DNA from: Promethearchaeota archaeon
GTDB lineage: Archaea > Asgardarchaeota > Heimdallarchaeia > Hodarchaeales > Hodarchaeaceae
DNA length: 64,000 nucleotides
Assembly (NCBI GenBank): GCA_048938105.1
Contig: JBHLMN010000004.1
Coordinates: 160,001 to 224,000 of the forward strand
Direction of reading: 5' to 3'
Shown here: positions 61,251 to 64,000 of the stretch, one piece after another
Layout of the letters: each line of letters opens with the position of its first letter
How positions within the stretch are numbered: position 1 is the first letter of the stretch
Position numbers and translations under genes: made by a program
Notes under the pieces: model-generated
The model's database searches: none
What the model saw: only the letters and a program-made list of their open reading frames with translations
Told to the model about the DNA's origin: nothing

Positions 61251-62078
61251 ATGACACTTAAGAATTCGGATTCGTTAATTGAGTTTCTTGAAAAGAATGC
61301 TTCACCAAGAGACGTATTACGACTTCATTCTGCAATGGGAGATGATTCAGCTAAAGTAGAGTTATTCAATCAATATCGTGAGCTCCAATTACCCTCGGGA
61401 GCTTTTTCTTTCAGATTTTGGAAAGGAAATCCTCCATCATTAATGCACTCCTATCGGGCATATCACCTCTTAAAAGAATTAGAAGATGTGAAATTGACTC
61501 ATGAGTCAATTATTAAATTAGAACTTTTTTTAGAGAACTCCCAAAGGACGAATGGATCATGGATTGAAGATAATCGATTATTGGAGATTCCTGATCTTCC
61601 ACCATGGATGAATCCTAAAAATAAGAATACAGAGATTTTAACTACAGCTTATTGTTGTACAATCATGATTATTGAAGATCCTTCCTCCATGGTTACTCAA
61701 AAAGCTCTGAAATATCTGAATGAATATCGTAATTATGATGGATCATTTATGGGTTTTCCTCACACCACTTGGATTGCAGGTGCTGCTTTTCTGGGTTATT
61801 ATGGGACATTTAATGTCACTGGCCGTGAAATGATTTCTGTAATTGATGATTTACTGGATCAATCCCATCCTGGTTCTATTATTCAATGGATCACATCTTC
61901 ATTATTGCTATTCGGATTTAAACCTCAAACTCTACCTGTATTATCTCGAGCATTAGATCTTCTCGAGAAAAGTCAACAATCAGATGGATTCTGGAGTTCC
62001 GAGGATGAGGGCCGTCAAATAGAGACTACTGTGGATTGTTTAATTACCCTACATAAAGCACAAAGAATCAATTGGTGA
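61251..62078 (+). CDS. Prenyltransferase/terpene-cyclase (QW) repeat alpha/alpha-toroid protein
   Basis: QLPSGAF, QRTNGSW, RNYDGSF and QQSDGFW repeats. Confidence 0.78.
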   Translation: MTLKNSDSLIEFLEKNASPRDVLRLHSAMGDDSAKVELFNQYRELQLPSGAFSFRFWKGNPPSLMHSYRAYHLLKELEDVKLTHESIIKLELFLENSQRTNGSWIEDNRLLEIPDLPPWMNPKNKNTEILTTAYCCTIMIIEDPSSMVTQKALKYLNEYRNYDGSFMGFPHTTWIAGAAFLGYYGTFNVTGREMISVIDDLLDQSHPGSIIQWITSSLLLFGFKPQTLPVLSRALDLLEKSQQSDGFWSSEDEGRQIETTVDCLITLHKAQRINW

Positions 62079-62161
62079 ACCATGGCTTTGTTCTAAACTA
62101 TAGACATAATTAAATTTGTCCGAAAATTAGCGAGATAAATCTACATTGAACTGTAGAGTGA

Positions 62162-63145
62162 TTATTCTATGGATTCAGGAGTGAAGGCGTATTTCGTACC
62201 ATCTTCAATCTCAACGCCTTGAAGTAAAAGCCAGTGCCAATAAACATCTTCCATACTAAGACCTGAAACATTAAACTCAAGAAGTTGTTCTTGTCTATCC
62301 AATAATTCATTAGTTATATCGTCAACTTCCTTCTTCGTCTCCGCATAGAACTGGACTAATTGACCCATGCGCCGATATGGAAATCCTAGTTCACGTACAA
62401 AAGGTATCACATCAATCGAAGGATGTGGGACTACTTTCACATCAAAAGAATAAGGGATTTGTTTAATGATTTCTGATGTGTTTCCGAATTTCATCACCTT
62501 CCCATCTCGTGTCAACAACAACAACTTATCACATAAACGATCCACAACTGTTGGATTGTGATCTATAAGTAGAATGGTTAGCTCTCTCTCTTTGTCAAGT
62601 TTATAGATATAGTTAATAACCGATTCCTTCTTTTTCACATCGAGAGTAGCGGTTATTTCATCGAGAACAAGGATCTTAGGATTCTTCAGGAGTGCAATTA
62701 CCAATCTTGTCATTGCTTTTTGACCTTCAGAAAAGCCTTCTATTGGAACATCCAGCATTTTTGTTAGATCTACACTGTCCATCAATTCTTGTTGCCCCTT
62801 CCATGAAGCGTCTTGTAAATCTGCAAAATATTCTAGTGTTTCCTTCAAGGTCAATTTCTTATGGAAAGATAAACCAGGGGAAACATATGATAATAGCTTT
62901 CGTGCTTGTTTGGTCTGTTTCATTAGATCGTAAGGTCCAATGCGAATAGATCCTTTATCAGGGAGGTAAACACTCGCTAATGTCTTTAGTAGAGTTGTTT
63001 TTCCAGAACCATTGGGGCCAATGATAGCTAAATTTTCTTCATCTGGTAAATGGAAGTCCACCCCCTTCAAAACATGTTTCTGACCAAAGTATTTGTGGAC
63101 ATCCTTAACAACAATTTCCCGATCGCCTGTTTGAGTCATTTGCAT
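62162..63145 (-). CDS. ABC-2 type exporter ATPase
   Basis: GPNGSGKT, FSEGQ signature variant, LVLDE, IDH. Confidence 0.92.
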   Translation of the reverse strand: MQMTQTGDREIVVKDVHKYFGQKHVLKGVDFHLPDEENLAIIGPNGSGKTTLLKTLASVYLPDKGSIRIGPYDLMKQTKQARKLLSYVSPGLSFHKKLTLKETLEYFADLQDASWKGQQELMDSVDLTKMLDVPIEGFSEGQKAMTRLVIALLKNPKILVLDEITATLDVKKKESVINYIYKLDKERELTILLIDHNPTVVDRLCDKLLLLTRDGKVMKFGNTSEIIKQIPYSFDVKVVPHPSIDVIPFVRELGFPYRRMGQLVQFYAETKKEVDDITNELLDRQEQLLEFNVSGLSMEDVYWHWLLLQGVEIEDGTKYAFTPESIE

Positions 63146-63153
63146 TACTCCAT

Positions 63154-63999
63154 TTAATAAAATTCCAATGTTCCACTGTAGGCTGCTTTCCTAGTGATTT
63201 GTTTCATAATCATTATAGCTCCCCCCAGAACAAATAATGATATGATTCCATTAAAGATAATTACGAAGAATATGTTTGTAGGGATAATACCTCGTATAAA
63301 CATGGAACGTAGACTGTAGAGCATTCCAGTTGTTGGTATAAAGTATAATAATTCCTCTAGAGAACCAAAACCATAAGGGATAGAGTATAATAGCTGATTA
63401 AGGGAACTAAGACCAAGAGTTCGAAGTACCTCAAGTGGAAAAAAATAACCACTTGTCATTGTGATAATATATGAAAATAGGAATGCCAGGGGACCGCTTT
63501 TCTTAAAAATAACGTTTAAAGTTGAAGCGATAATTGTAACTCCAAGCATAAAGATCCAAGATATGATGAGAATTAGTACAGAATAAAGGAGGATCTCTGG
63601 AGTTATGATTAAAGGTTGTAAGATAGTTTCACCACCAATTGGGATAGATGATAATAAGAATACTATTGGTAAAACAAACACCACTAAGGTAACAACAGTT
63701 TTTATCGTACTTGAGGAGAATTGACCTGTGATTAGATCACTTATCGACACCTCATTAGTAATTATAAAACCTAATGCACCCCGTTGAGCCTCATTAGGAA
63801 TAACAGTTACGCCATCTTTGTACGCCCTAGTGAATATAACCCAATAGATCACTCCCACGACTAAAAATTCTTTTAGGAAGCCTTCATAAAGAAAACCGTC
63901 AATATCACTCGATGCTACCATCTGACCAAGAAAAAGAAAAGTGATGACATCCACAGCGAGCCATGCTAAATCTGTGATGAAATTCAGTTTATATTTCCA
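63154..63999 (-). CDS. ABC-2 type permease (5'-partial)
   Basis: Frame is open to the window end (WKYKLNFITDL...); E.QRG.L, SGYFFPL and P.T motifs. Confidence 0.85.
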   Translation of the reverse strand, partial: WKYKLNFITDLAWLAVDVITFLFLGQMVASSDIDGFLYEGFLKEFLVVGVIYWVIFTRAYKDGVTVIPNEAQRGALGFIITNEVSISDLITGQFSSSTIKTVVTLVVFVLPIVFLLSSIPIGGETILQPLIITPEILLYSVLILIISWIFMLGVTIIASTLNVIFKKSGPLAFLFSYIITMTSGYFFPLEVLRTLGLSSLNQLLYSIPYGFGSLEELLYFIPTTGMLYSLRSMFIRGIIPTNIFFVIIFNGIISLFVLGGAIMIMKQITRKAAYSGTLEFY

Positions 64000-64000
64000 A

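Noticed and set aside
1-64000. Remaining short ORFs nested in or antisense to long genes; tRNA/rRNA genes; transposases and integrases
   Set aside because: The nested ORFs are shadows of supported CDSs. I saw no GC-rich structured RNA gene or mobile-element enzyme, though small AT-rich ncRNAs cannot be excluded by eye.

Overview
AT-rich (roughly one-third GC by eye), gene-dense archaeal chromosomal segment. It is most consistent with an Asgard archaeon, probably Heimdallarchaeia; this is inferred from an HMf-type histone with a Lys-rich N-terminal extension, a TFS/RpoM-like zinc-ribbon protein, a 7TM-longin fusion, a 10-PAS histidine kinase, xP[GS]F-type C-terminal anchors on surface proteins, and TATA/BRE promoters. 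Contents: (1) surface beta-propeller proteins (one FG-GAP/FN3, three LVIVD); (2) a full phosphate-uptake locus (AbrB-PhoU regulator, circularly permuted pstS, fused pstCA, pstB, two phoU, arsC); (3) an mtmC-mtmB-like corrinoid methyltransferase pair in which the pyrrolysine position is an ordinary Lys (AAA); (4) several regulator/target pairs with clear palindromic operators; (5) flavin/F420 oxidoreductases, peptidases and MFS/ABC transporters; (6) a ~2.2 kb gene-poor stretch followed by histone, TFS-like and GGCT-like genes flanked by two tiny basic coiled-coil ORFs; (7) two mscS-like genes and nhaA. I saw no rRNA, tRNA, CRISPR array or intact mobile element. The best candidates for undescribed biology are the Pyl-free MtmB/MtmC system, the tailed-histone/TFS/small-basic-protein cluster and the 7TM-longin receptor. 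All family calls come from motif recognition by eye; no searches were run.
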